64,000 nt of DNA. Origin: Octopus vulgaris (taxonomy: Eukaryota). The stretch is taken from NCBI GenBank assembly GCA_951406725.2, contig OX597828.1, positions 66,836,001-66,900,000 of the forward strand, written 5' to 3'. Shown piece by piece: positions 36,888-49,238 of the stretch. Below the pieces are notes generated by a model. It saw only the letters and a program-made list of their open reading frames with translations, did no database searches and was not told the origin of the DNA. The translations under genes and the position numbers were made by a program. The first letter of the stretch is position 1. Each line of letters opens with the position of its first letter.

Positions 36888-37799
36888 GTAAGGCTTTTAA
36901 AAAAATATCTTTTGAAGTTAGTAAGGTGGTGAATATTGTCCATCACTGGATTAAGCTAAACATGCCATCAGTTGTAGTAAGCATTGCACATAGGATTCAT
37001 AATGATTTTAAGTCTGTGGCTTTCACCTGCTTTTGAAGGTATTGAAGAACTCAAGATAATTCAGTAAAGTATACCAAGAGAAGGAGTTTTCTGGATAGGT
37101 TCATGTTTCTGTTTAACCCTTTAGCATTCAAATTCCTCTGTCAAATGTGATGCTTATCTATTCACATTGTTTTGAATTGACCATGCATTATTTTGTAGCT
37201 TTGCGATTTTGATGATGTGATTGTTTACTTTTAGAATAACATTGCAGTTTTTCTGGTGAGAATGTAGTCAATCTGGCTTGTGTGCTCACTAGATTGGTAG
37301 AGTGTTGCCCAGCATGTCCATTGAAGTCACTAGCTATGATAAGAAAGTCAGTCATTCATTACTGAGTTAGTTTGCAAAAGGACTTCTGGTTGAGAGCTCT
37401 TGGACATGTCTAATGATTGAGGAAATTGAAATTCAGTGTGTTACAAATTCCTTAATCCTGCAAACCATCCATGATAAAGGAAAGAGGGCTTGGGTTTCGG
37501 CTAACAACAAATTAATTGATGATTCTCTCTGTTAATATTCAGAATTTCCCACAGGGATAGAAGTACACTTATGCTCAGTTAGTCCTTATTTAGGTGAATA
37601 AAGTGGTGCATTGGCAGTGTACTGCTTCATTCACTAAAATGTAGCCTGACTGGGCATCTGTGTACTTTTACACCTTTCTGAATCTCAGAATAGGAGGAGA
37701 GAGAATCTTTAAATGATTTCGTGTATAGTATGTCTGTGAGTGTTTGTATTTAGCAAGATAGATAAGAATTCAATGCACTTTCTGATAATCATTTGGTTT

Positions 37800-38105
37800 T
37801 ATGGTTTGTTTCAAGCAAATTTTTCAAGGTGAGCTGGTAGGAGATTCTGATATGTAACAAAATTTCATCCATTTGACAGCCTTCTTATGATTGGTTAGCA
37901 GTTGGTCAAGTATCACAACTTTAAAATCAAAAGCTCTTATCAATTTACTTGAAGGACGTGACAGGCATGGTCAGTCTGGGGTTGTGATGGAAACCCCATT
38001 TTAATGATTGACACAAGATCTCCTTAGCCCACTGTAACCAGCTTTAGCTTGAAAGACATTCTGGAGATGAATATATTTTTCATTCTTGCTATTTATTGTC
38101 ATTGT
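37800..38105 (-). mobile_element. Highly decayed mariner-like catalytic-domain fragment
   Basis: minus-strand TINS... followed by a degenerate HHDNARP-like segment. Confidence 0.35.
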
Positions 38106-38488
38106 TAGAATATTTTCTTTGTCTTGTCGAGCGTGATCGTTACCGCGTCGCCTTACTAGCATTTGTGCTGGTGGCACGTGAAACATTCGAGCGAGGTCAT
38201 TGCCAGTGCTGCTGGACTGGCTCTTGTGCAGGTGGCACGTAAAAAGCACCATTTGGGCATGGCCGTTGCCAGTACCACCAAACTGGCCCTCGTGCCAGTG
38301 GTACCTAAAAGCACCCACTACACTCTGGTTGGCGTTAGGAAGGGCATCCAGCTGTAGAAACTCTGCCAAATCAGATTGGAGTCTGGTTCGCCAGACCTCA
38401 GTCAAATCGTCCAACCCATGCTAGCATGGAAAGCGGACGTTAAACGATGATGATGTTTATGCTAAAATAATTTCCATACATTTTCTAG

Positions 38489-38651
38489 GTGTGATGTGAC
38501 ATGGATTATGGCTGCAGATACAATTGAAGGTTATCTCGAGCATCTACGATCTCAAAACAACCCTGTAATCGACACCTTGAAATCCTCTGATGATACATCC
38601 ATGAAACAATATGCTAAGCAGTTCGATCTCTCCATGGGCAATATTGAACAG
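38489..38651 (+). CDS. NBAS: NBAS exon 28: CDVTWIMAADTIEGYLEHL...MKQYAKQFDLSMGNIEQ
   Basis: ttttctag acceptor, cag|gtaaat donor. Confidence 0.9.
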
Positions 38652-40108
38652 GTAAATGAACAGTAAAACTGGAATGTGGTTTTGCATTAAAAGGGGTTCA
38701 GACCTGGCTGTTTGGTTTAGAAGTTTGCTTCACAACCATATGGTTCCAGGTTCACTCTCACCCTAGGTTGTGTGTATGTGTATGGAAATGCACAAATATG
38801 ACTGTGTGTTTAGGACTCTTGCCTCCCAATCATGTAGTTTTGTATTGAATCCCTCCACATAGTACTCTGAGCAAGTTATGTATTTGATTGGAAAGCTAAC
38901 CAAAGCCTTGTGAGTGGATTCTGTTGACAGAAACTGAAAAAAACCTCATGTATATATATACATGGTGCAATGGGTACATTGTCGCCATTTTATATTTTCA
39001 ATTTCGTGCATGCACATTGTTTTTGAATTTGTTGACCATACAGTATAGTAGGGTCAGTTGGGCACTGTCTGTGAGCAAAACAGCACCAAGACACAATTCA
39101 CTGTATGAGAAATTTCAAAACAACATGCTGGAAACTAAGAATATGAGGAATCAAACCTACACAAAAGAAATTTGTCTGCTGTGGATATGTGTTTGTGTAT
39201 GGAGAATGACACTTGAATTGACCATGCATTATTTTGTAGCTTTGCGATTTTGATGATGTGATTGTTTACTTTTAGAATAACATTGCAGTTTTTCTGGTGA
39301 GAATGTAGTCAATCTGGCTTGTGTGCTCACTAGATTGGTAGAGTGTTGCCCAGCATGTCCATGTCCCAATGGAAGTGGATAATGAAGCAGAACAGGTGGA
39401 AATAAGTGGTGGAGTCCACTGTGAAGGAGCTGAATCTTATGGGGGAAATGATGAAGGGCTGCAACAGTTGGTGGACACTGTACCTGAGAAAACCCTTGCG
39501 CATGCGCACACTCATGCACACACTTATATATATTGGTGGCATGTAAAAAGCACCAACCGATTGTGGCTGTTGCCAGCTTCCCCTGGCACCTGTGCTGGTG
39601 GCATATAAAAAGCACCCACTACATTCACAAAGTGGTTGGCATTAGGAAGGGCATCCAGCTGTAGAAACACTGCCAGATCAGACTGGAGCCTGGTGCAGCC
39701 TCCTGGCTTCCCAGACCCCAGTCAAACTGTCCAACCCTTGCTAGCATGGAAAACGGACGTTAAATGATGATGATGTATACATATGCCAAAAATGGAATAT
39801 ATGAGCGAGATGTGGATCCCTAACACATCTAGAAGAACAGTAACTCTGAATAAGATGTAAATTAGTTGGTGGTAATCTGTTCAATCCATACCAGTATGGT
39901 AAAAAAAAATGTAAAATGATGATGGTGGTGGTGGTAGCTGTGATTATGATGACAATGTATGTGGTAGTCACTGTTCCTTTGACTGTTTCTGTCTCTATTC
40001 TGTGTGATACAGATGTTTATATAATACAATGAATAACATTAACATGACACTCATTTAGTTTTATTTATGTTTATCTCTGTTTCTTCTTTTGCTATTTTTT
40101 TTTTCCAG

Positions 40109-40251
40109 ATAAAGAAACTACACATCCAAATATTAGTGGATGGTCACCCACTAGAATTAATCGATGAAATTCTCTCTGTTAAAAGCATCAAAGACTGGAA
40201 TACAGCCGCTGTTGTCCAAAATGCTTTGGTATATACTACTGAATACATCTG
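40109..40251 (+). CDS. NBAS: NBAS exon 29: IKKLHIQILVDGHPLELIDEILSV...VVQNALVYTTEYI
   Basis: ttttccag acceptor, tg|gtgagt donor; DG.PL motif. Confidence 0.92.
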
Positions 40252-41297
40252 GTGAGTATTTAACTTCTACGTAGGAATTTCTTATCATAGGTGTGGCTAT
40301 GAATAGGTGCGTACATGGCTTTGTGGTTAAGAAGCTTGCATCCCAACCACGTGGTCTTGAGTTCAGTCCCACTACATGACACCTTGGGCAAGTGTCTTCT
40401 ACAATAGCACCCCCTCCCGCCCCCAAAAAAGCAATAAATAGAAGAAATAAATTAAGACCCTTGAAAAACTCCCAGAATAAAATCTTCAACATATAAGAAA
40501 CTTTCGAATCAGACTCTCCTCCAGTGTTAAGAGTAAAAGAAATAGAAAATATCGATCATACTCTATATAATGTGGGCATGGCTGTGTGGTTAGGGAGCTT
40601 GCTTCCAAGCTGTATGGTTTTGGGTTCAGTCCCACTGCGTGGCACTTTGGGTAGGTGTCTTCCACTATAGCCCCGAGCCGACCGGAGCTTTGTGATTGAA
40701 TTTGGTAGGTGGAAGTTGCTGCCGTGTGTGTATGTGTGCGTTTAGCTGCTCAGTGCCTCTCCGAAAGAGAGAGAGGTAATCTCACTTGTGAGTGACTCAC
40801 TCTCATCTCTTTTCTCCACCATTTAAAAAGTCAGCGTTGACTTTGCAGGCTAAACAACAGTGCCACGATGACCACTACCACATCACCAACAACAGATATC
40901 TATATTAACATTGTATTAATGTATGTGAAAGTGTACCATAACCCAGGGCCTTTACCTGGGATGTAGCCATTGGACACAGAACTCTGCTTGCGAAGACCTG
41001 TTGAGGCAAGTGAACTCGAAATCAATCAAAAAATCAATGGAAATTGTAATTGTGATACCAGTGCCGGTGGCATGTAAAAAACACCCACTACACTCATGGA
41101 GTGGTTGGTGTTAGGAAGGGCATCCAGCTGTAGAAACACTGCCAGATCAGACTGGAGCCTGGTGCAGCCTCTTGCTAGCATGGAAAACGGACATTAAACG
41201 ATGATGATGATATGTGAAAGTGAACATAAATCTTTTGATCTATATTTGTAAATGTATACAAAAATGAAAATAATGTTGGTTGTTGTTTTTGTTTTAG

Positions 41298-41393
41298 TGA
41301 TAAAACCTGCCATAGTGATATCTTTGACAAGTTGGATGGTATATCTGTGATTGAAGGTATCATACAAAATGTACTAAGTCATCAAGAAATGGG
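41298..41393 (+). CDS. NBAS: NBAS exon 30: DKTCHSDIFDKLDGISVIEGIIQNVLSHQEM
   Basis: gttttag acceptor, gg|gtgagt donor. Confidence 0.88.
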
Positions 41394-42977
41394 GTGAGTA
41401 CCACAATATTATTTTGGTTTCTAATGTTGGAAGATCTCTGTTCCAAGTGCTTCACTTGTTTAAAAGGCTTAAATGCTGCAACTTCTTATTCCTATTTCCT
41501 AGCATAATTCTGTGGTTTTATACCTAATGAAAAATATAAATATTGATATGGCTGTGTGATAAGAAGCTTGCTTCCCAACCACATAGTTCTGGGTTCAGTC
41601 CCGCCATGTTGCACCTTGGGCAAGTGTGTTCTACTATAGCTTTGGGCTAACCAACGCCTTGTGAGTGGATTTGGTAGGTGAAAACCTAACACCCACTACA
41701 CTCTTGGAGTAGTTGGCATTAAGAAGGACATCCAGCTGTAGAAACCTTGCCAAATCAAGATTGGAGCCTGGTGCAGCCATCTGGTTCACCAGCTCTCAGT
41801 CAAAATCGTCCAACCCATGCTAGCATGGAAAGCGGACGTTAAACGATGATGATGATGATGATGATTTTCTATGTTTGTGAAGACGCATGGATCAGTGGTT
41901 AGAGTGTCAGGCTCACAATCATGTGGTAGTGAGTTTGATCCCTGGACTGGGTTGTGTGTTGTATTCTTGAGCAAGACACTTTATTTCATGTTGCTCCAAT
42001 TCACTCATCTGTAGAAATGAGTTGCAATGTCACTGGTGCCAAGCGGTGTTGGACTTTGACTTGACCCTGGATGGTCAAAGGTGGAATGGAGAGGAGAGGC
42101 TGGTTTGTATGGTTAACTGCTGGTCTTCCATAAACACCCATACCCAGACTTGTGCCTTGGAGGGTAACTTTTTAGTTGCTATCCCATGGTCATTCATGAC
42201 TGAAAGAGGTTTTTTCCCCTTTACCCTTAGCTGAGAGTTTTACATTTTTGTTACACAGGAAAGAGCATGGCTTAATGGTTACAGTGTTAAATTTACGACC
42301 ACAAGATTGTGCTTTCAATTCCCAGATGGTGAATTGTGTTCTTGAGCAAAGAATTTTATTTCATGTTGCTCCATTTGACTCTGCTGTAGATGAATAATCA
42401 TGCAATGGACTGGCATGGCTCAGTGGTTAGAGCATCAGGCTGACAATCACGAGGTAGTAAGTTCGATTCCTGGACTGGGCTTTGTGTTATGTTCTTGAGC
42501 AAGACACTTTATTTCATGTTGCTCCAGTTCACTCAGCTGTAGAAATAAATTGCAATGTCATTGGGGCCAAGCTATACCAGCCTCTGCCTTTTCCCTTGGA
42601 TAACATGAGTGGCATGGAGAAGGGAGGCCGGTATGCATGGGTGACTGTTGGTCTTCCATAAACAACCTTACCCAGACTTTCTAGGTGCAATCCTAAGGTC
42701 ATTCATGACCGAAGGTGGTCTCTACTCTTTCATCCAGACTGGCATCCCATTCAAAAGGAATATTGTGATCTCTATCCCTTATACACCACGTAATGGGTAA
42801 CCTGTCCTACAGGTGCTAAAGTACTTGAAATAGTAATGTCCAGGAGCGGGGAGAGGGTAATGATGATGGTAGTTTTTTAAAATTCTGTTGTATCTGGGGA
42901 GAGTCATTTTCTTTTTGTGCCTTATTATTTAACACACTCACCGGTAAAATTTCCACTTTTTTCTTATTTTTATTGTC

Positions 42978-43014
42978 CTAAAATTTTCGTTGCGTCCTGC
43001 AACCTTTTCAATAG
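42978..43014 (-). ncRNA. Minimal hammerhead-like motif, U3-A8 core
   Basis: minus strand: cta-TTGAAAA-g-gttgc(aggac)gcaac-GAAA-at-TT-tag; perfect 5-bp stem II, stem III palindrome AATT. Confidence 0.6.
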
Positions 43015-43055
43015 TTTTGACTAGTCTTTTTAATGTTTTACCTTTGCATTTTTAG

Positions 43056-43164
43056 TGGCCAGTTGGTAACTGCTGATGAAGTTCTGATGCAGGTGTTACC
43101 ATTTTGTTCTGATACTTCCATTGCTGTCCAACCTCGACTTGGTTTACTTGCAACTTTAGAAAAG
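43056..43164 (+). CDS. NBAS: NBAS exon 31: GQLVTADEVLMQVLPFCSDTSIAVQPRLGLLATLEK
   Basis: tttttag acceptor, aag|gtaaat donor; PFC.D...V.PR motif. Confidence 0.93.
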
Positions 43165-44365
43165 GTAAATAATCTTTATTTTACACCTGTGTAGTCTTAT
43201 TTATCTTGTTCTTATTGAATGCTAAAATATGGGTAACCCTTTTGTTACCATATTTCTGTTGGCATATGCTGCCTTTGTATCAATAAATTTTTACAATGAT
43301 GAAGAATTTAGCAGAATAACTTTCTAATTATTAAGCTGGGGTCTGGAATAAACAAGCATGAAATTTTGATGGAAGATTATAATTTAAACGACTTTAAAAC
43401 AGTGGGTTTCTGTCCTAGAACCTGGGGCGGTCTCAAGCAGGTTGATATCAAAAGGGCTAAAAGGTAAGAGCACCTTCCGATCGTGGCCATTGCCAGCCTC
43501 CCCTGGCATCTGTGCCAGTGGCACGTAAAAAGCACCCACTACACTCACGGAGTGGTTGGCGTTAGGAAGGGCATCCAGCCGTAGAAACAGTGCCAGATCA
43601 GACTGGGCCTGGTGCAGCCTTCTGGCTTCTCAGACCCCAGTTGAACCGTTCAACCCATGCTACCATGGAAAAACGGACGTTAAACGATGATGATGGTTTT
43701 AAAACAAGGCAAATATATGGCAGAGATTATGGTTACTAATTTTTGTAATGCATTAGATGCAAGTAATTGAAGAGTATTTTTTTACAGCCAGATACTCTTC
43801 CTGTTGCCAACCCTTGCCTGTTTCCAAGTAAGGCAATATTTCTCCATGACCAGACATGTTTTCACGGAAGGTTGGAAACGAAGGCCACTGCTTGCATGAT
43901 ACTTCATTTGCAACATCATCGTTTATCTTTTATTGTTTTCAGTCATTAGACTGTGGCCATCCTGGGACACTGCCTTGAAGAAATTTAAGTTGATTGAATT
44001 GACATCCTGCTTCATATTTTTTGTTAAGCCTGATTCATACTCTATCAGTCTCTTTTTGCTGAGCTGCTAGGTTACGAGAATGTAAACACACCAACAAGCA
44101 CTGGTTGTCAAGCAGTGGAGGGGAACACTTTCTAGGTGCAGTCCCATGGTCATTCATGACTGAAAGGGGATCTTTTTCTAACATCATTGTACCTCATGCT
44201 TTGGGGTTTATAAAGATATATTTATCCTTGTTGCTGTAATTTCTATTATTTTGTCTAATCTATTAATTAACAAATCATGATGTTTTTCTCAGTACCTGTA
44301 CAAAACGATAAAGATATTATTTCGTTAATTTGTATTAATTGCTTTGTTGATGTTTCCATTATCAG

Positions 44366-44452
44366 AACTTCAAACTTAAACCTGAAGACGTGAAATTGTT
44401 GCTGTTTTACCGAACTAGTGCCATCATTGAGGAATCTTGGCCAAACCACAAG
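44366..44452 (+). CDS. NBAS: NBAS exon 32: NFKLKPEDVKLLLFYRTSAIIEESWPNHK
   Basis: atcag acceptor, aag|gtactg donor; KLL.F.RT.AI...SWP motif. Confidence 0.93.
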
Positions 44453-45940
44453 GTACTGTATATTTCTGCTTATAAGATGACCTTTAAATTCTAAAAGTTT
44501 GGGGTCGTCTTATACCACCATTCTAAAAACCAAACTTTGAATTTTAAGTGATTTTATAAGTAAGTTGCCTTTCTGATAAGTAACCAGGTGACTGGTCAGT
44601 TTCCTGAAATTAGTGTTGTAAGCAGTTTGGTCATTTGCATCACAGAACTCCAAGTGCTTTGATTCCTCTTCATTCTATGTACCACAACTATAACTATCAT
44701 GTACATTGAAATGATTATGATAGTGTTGCCCAACATGCTTGTTGCTGTGATGATGAGGTTGATGTTATCTATTACTGAAGTAATCTACAAGATGTCCTCA
44801 CAAAAGCAGTCCTTTTATCTCTCTGTCAGTCCTCATTGTGGTGTTGCTGTCATGTTTCTTGTGATTGTTCTTAAGCTTGTAATATAAACAGTTGTGGACA
44901 GAATTCAGAATTATGCTTTATAGGTATTGTGCTGAAAGGTGAAGGGATATTTTTTTGTGTTTATTTCACCCTGTCTCTAATATCCCTTGTACTAGGGCTT
45001 GTCAATATTTTTTCGAGTATAGATGTCAGTATAAATGTCACTGGGTCAAGAGGTCACATAATTTCAGTTGAGTCATAGCTAATCTATTATTCATTCATTG
45101 GACTGTGGTCATACTGGGGCACTGGCTTGAAGGGCTTAGTCAAAGAAATTAACCCTGCCAAGAGCACCATCAGAGCGTGATCGTTGCCAGAGCGGCTAAC
45201 TGGCTTCCGTGCCAGTGGTACGTAAAAGGCACCATTCGAGTGTGATCGTTACCAGCATCACCTTACTGGCACCTGTGCCGTTGGCATGTGTAAAAAATTC
45301 GAGCGAGGTCGTTGCCAGTACCGCCTGACTGGCCCCTGTGTCGGTGGCACGTAAAAGCACCCACTACACTCTCGGAGTGGTTGGCATTAGGAAGGGCATC
45401 CAGCTGTAGAAACTCTGCCAGATCAAGACTGGAGCCTGGTGCAGCCATCTGGTTTGCCAGCCCTCAGTCAAACCGTCCAACCCATGCTAGCATGGAAAGC
45501 GGACGTTAAGTGATGATGATGATGGGGGTATTTATTCTATCAGTCCCTTTTGCCAAACTGTTAAGTTACAAGGACATAAACAAACAACTACAGGTTTTCA
45601 GGTGGTGGTGGTGGTGGTGGAGGACAAATATAAACATGAAGTCACACATATGAATATGACAGGCTTCTTTCGGTTTTTGTCTACCGAATCCACTTGTAAG
45701 GCTTCGGTCAGCATGGAGCTATAGTAGAAGATATCTGCCCAAGGTGCCATGCAGTGGGACTGAACCCAAAACCATGTGCTTGGGAAGCAAACTTTTTAAG
45801 TCTGTGCTTATTAAAAAAAGTATCAATAATTAAAAATGTGCATCTTATGACAAACAGTTTTCTCTATTTAAAGATCATACATTTCTTCAAAGTGAAATTA
45901 AATCATGAAGGAATTCATTTTAAATATGACTATAATTAAA

Positions 45941-46266
45941 CTAGCACTATGACCCGGCTGCATGCGTGCGCACATAATGCAAGTACTGTTCAAATCTCTG
46001 ACCAATCACATACAGCTAGGTGGCATTCAATTGGCGTATCAAGTTTTGGGCATTTTGATTGGATAGAAAATTCACAAAAAAGTCACTTCTATTGATTTTT
46101 TAATGGCTTTGCAAGGTGACTGGGGAAATGTAAAGATGTGCATGACCACCCTTGGACGGTTTTGAATGACCATAGAAAGTGCGAGCCCTCTAACTGAAAA
46201 AATTGAAGATTTGTATAAAGGACACACACACAGACAGACATTTTGCCGTTTATATATAGAGAGAGA
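45941..46266 (-). mobile_element. Non-autonomous Helitron (same 5' terminus as the 5763 element, different body)
   Basis: minus strand starts TCTCTCTCTATATATAAACGGCA, ends GC-rich ...CTAG; inserted between A and T. Confidence 0.75.
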
Positions 46267-46329
46267 TTAATAATACATTTGTATCATCTTTCTGGAATCA
46301 ATTTTATCCATTTCCTCCTTTTCTCACAG

Positions 46330-46463
46330 ATTACTGATGATGAAATTCAGTCAGATGAATCGCGTCACAAGTTATTTACCAATTTACTTAGTTCCAGCAC
46401 AAACAGTGGCCAGTTTACAGCAGTTTGTCAGTTGCTAAAAATGTGGCCTGCATTTGAGTGCAG
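46330..46463 (+). CDS. NBAS: NBAS exon 33: ITDDEIQSDESRHKLFTNLLSSS...QLLKMWPAFEC
   Basis: ctcacag acceptor, ag|gtaagt donor. Confidence 0.92.
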
Positions 46464-46900
46464 GTAAGTTTATTGTTTCAACGTTTTTTTTTGTTTATAT
46501 GTTTTTTTTTGCTTTAGTTTCTTTTACTTTTTCTATATCTCAACTAGCAAAGCAAACATTTGTAGTATTATAGCTAATAGTATGTTTATCTATAATTTAT
46601 TATTAACATGAAGGATAAGGAATTAGTGCAAATGGTAGCATGTCCTACAGTTTTTAGACTTGTTCCTCAAATGTACATTATTCCGAGTTGAAAATTCTCT
46701 GCTGTCTGTGGAATAAGTGTTAGAAATGTACTGCTTTTCTCTTTTAAAATTGTTCCTATGTATTTTCAAAAGATATTAACAGTTAAACAATCATTTCCTG
46801 AAAACAATATTATGTCTCAAAGATGGTTAAATTCTACAATATTGTTTCAGTTTTCACTTTTTTTATTTTTTTGCTTTTTCTCTTCTGCGGAATGAAGCAG

Positions 46901-47030
46901 CAATCAGAATAATGCTTCAGACAACCCCTGGATTCAGTTGGTGACAAGTATGAGTACTGTTCCTGAATGTGTTCCAGTGATTGGAACCATTTTAAAAGAC
47001 ATTCCTGAAGAAGCGGCTCTGAGTGAAGAG
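46901..47030 (+). CDS. NBAS: NBAS exon 34: NQNNASDNPWIQLVTSMSTVPEC...EEAALSEE (alternative start 46898)
   Basis: tandem AAG|CAG| acceptor, gag|gtaata donor; NPW..L motif. Confidence 0.87.
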
Positions 47031-47760
47031 GTAATACATTCCACTTTTTTAGAATTAGTATTAAATAAAACTTTATATTGTATTTTTTTTATTGTATTTT
47101 TTCACGTGCATGAATTAATATACCATGTTTCTCAAATCTTTTGGTTTGTGATGAAAGGTTACAAATTTTACAGTTGTCAACATCATCATTTTATGCCTAT
47201 CATCGTTTAACGTCTGTTTTCCATGCTAGCATGGGTTTGACGGTTTGACCGGGGTCTGGGAAACCAGGAGGCTGCATTAGGCTCCAGTCTTTTTTTTACA
47301 GCTGGATGCCCTTCCTAACGCCAACCACTCCATGAGAGTAGTGGGTGCTTTTTACGTGCCACAAGCACAGGTGCCAGGGGAGGCTGGCAGCAGCCATGCT
47401 TGGTTGGTGCTTTTACGTGCCACCGGCATGGAAGCCAGTCAAGGTGGTGCTGGCATTGGCCATGTTTGGGTGGTGCTTTTACGTGCCACCGGCACAGGTA
47501 TCACAACTACAATTTCCATTTGATTTTTTGATGTTGATGCACTTGACTCAATAGGTCTCCTCAAGCACAGCAGGTCTCCTCGTAGATATACTCTCAGTTC
47601 CCTCTTATTTAGCAATTACATTGATGGTAAACTCCTGACACTAGATTTTAAAGTTAACTTAAGTGTTTCAGCTATAATTTGGAGCACTTTTCAAAGGGGT
47701 AAGCATTAGCTAAACGTTTAATGTTATTTCTCTCTTTCTTTTCTTTTTTTCTTTTCACAG

Positions 47761-47889
47761 TGTGTTAAATTTATAGTGGACCAACTGTTATCAAAGAACT
47801 ATGTTGTAGCTGCTGTAAAAACCGCTTTGCTGTCACCATACAGTCACTTACATAAATCTACAATTGAACATTTGCAGGCACAAAAAGAG
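47761..47889 (+). CDS. NBAS: NBAS exon 35: CVKFIVDQLLSKNYVVAAVKTALLSPYSHLHKSTIEHLQAQKE
   Basis: long pyrimidine tract plus cacag acceptor, gag|gtaata donor. Confidence 0.9.
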
Positions 47890-47928
47890 GTAATAGTCTT
47901 ATCTTTTTAGTTAACCATTCCTGCTCTT

Positions 47929-48282
47929 ATTGTTGTATTTAGGAATGGTCATTTTGCCAGTTTAGCCAATAAAAACACACGCACTATATATTTGGTGTTA
48001 CTTTGCTTCAGCGTTATATATTTTTTACATTAATTTTAATCTTATTTTGGCCAGAGTTATTTCGTCACACTCCTGTGACCTCATCAGTGGTCCTTTGCTT
48101 TCTTCTTTCTTATTTGTGTTTCTCTCCTTACTAACGGTCAGCCATTTTGCATTTTGTATTCCAAATATATAGTGCGTGTGTTTTTATTGGCTAAATTGGC
48201 AAAATGACCATTCCTAAATACAATATCTGTTTCAACACACGATTTCACATCAAAAATCTTGCAAAACAAATATATAAATGTA
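47929..48282. mobile_element. Fold-back element (PLE pseudo-LTR-like) with hammerhead in the spacer
   Basis: 63-bp inverted arms 47933-47995 / 48161-48223, right tail, 12-bp TSD attcctgctctt at 47917-47928 and 48283-48294. Confidence 0.75.
48049..48093 (-). ncRNA. Minimal type-I hammerhead-like motif with canonical CUGAUGA/GAAA core
   Basis: minus strand: ggacca-CTGATGA-g-gtcaca(ggag)tgtgac-GAAA-taac-TC-tggcc; 6-bp stem II; stem III imperfect. Confidence 0.75.
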
Positions 48283-48944
48283 ATTCCTGCTCTTGTTTTT
48301 CATCAAAATATAATTTCTTACATTAGCATGGGACCTATACATTTTAAACAAAGGGATTGGTTGATATAATTACTTCCAGCATATATGATTAGTAATTACA
48401 TATTGATATCTGAATGTTTGGGGGTTTGATTTATATGCAAATATTGAGGAATCCTCATCATCATAGTCATATAATATCCATGTTCCATGTCACATGGTTT
48501 TGATGGTTTGATAGGATCTGATGTGTCCAAGAACTACATTGTTCTCCAGTGTCTACTTTGGTATGGTTTTTATGGCTGGATGCCCTTCCAGAGGATTGAC
48601 CACTAAAAGTGGACAGCCTGTATGCTAGATATAGACGTCAAAATTGCCATTTTCCATAGAGAATGTGTTCTCAAGAAAAAATTCAGCAAAAAAACAAAAC
48701 GTAAAAATAAGCAAGACAAATGAAAATATACGAAATAAAAAAAATAAAAACCTTTTAGGGTTGATAAAATAAGTACCAGTTGAGCACTATAGTAATCGAC
48801 TTAGCCCCCACCTCACCCCAGAAATTGCCAGCCTTGTGCCAAAATTTGAAACTGTTTTATTAATTAAGCAAAGTTATCTCTCTTGACATAAATGAAATAA
48901 TTTTATTTATTGACTAAATGTTGGCTTTTTTATTTATTGCACAG

Positions 48945-49238
48945 ATGGAAGACGACAATGAATTGTATAACCTGATCTTGCTGAATCATTTGATGTCCAG
49001 CACTGTTAACAGTTGTTATTACCAACCTTTAGTGAACTTTCTCTTGAATGAGCAAGTGCTTTACCAAGACTCCTTACTTCCAAGCCATCTTGATATAGAT
49101 CTTATATGCCAAGAACTTATTGACAATGGTTTCAAAGCAGAAGCAGGTTTGGTTTTGCTCAAGTCTCACGGGACCCATCCGATGTTTCAAACTTTTGAGG
49201 CAGCTCTCGGTGTTTGTAAACACTGGCTGAAGATGTGA
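48945..49238 (+). CDS. NBAS: NBAS terminal coding exon: MEDDNELYNLILL...EAGLVLLKSHGTHPMFQTFEAALGVCKHWLKM*
   Basis: gcacag acceptor; C-terminus resembles the vertebrate NBAS end (EAG.LLL..RGTH..F.TF..AL....HW); TGA stop. Confidence 0.95.
   Translation: MEDDNELYNLILLNHLMSSTVNSCYYQPLVNFLLNEQVLYQDSLLPSHLDIDLICQELIDNGFKAEAGLVLLKSHGTHPMFQTFEAALGVCKHWLKM

Larger units (their letters stand above)
506..49238 (+). other. NBAS: NBAS gene body, 5'-partial (36 coding exons in window, about 1554 aa C-terminal part)
   Basis: Manually chained GT-AG exons keep phase throughout (total 4666 nt = 1 + 1555 codons). Peptides match recalled vertebrate NBAS motifs: WY..RA.EIE, SLLCSS.L..I.LA, EYFNS, IQEELDLI, GVD.QRFT.D..YK.ETILGLA, WEV.MTHLEFLF, PFC.D...V.PR, EAG..LL...GTH..F.TF..AL. 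Confidence 0.96.

Noticed and set aside
36882-36890. GC-AG donor (a|gcaagt) for exon 27
   Set aside because: Gives phase 1; the next exon needs phase 2, which the adjacent aa|gtaagg donor supplies.
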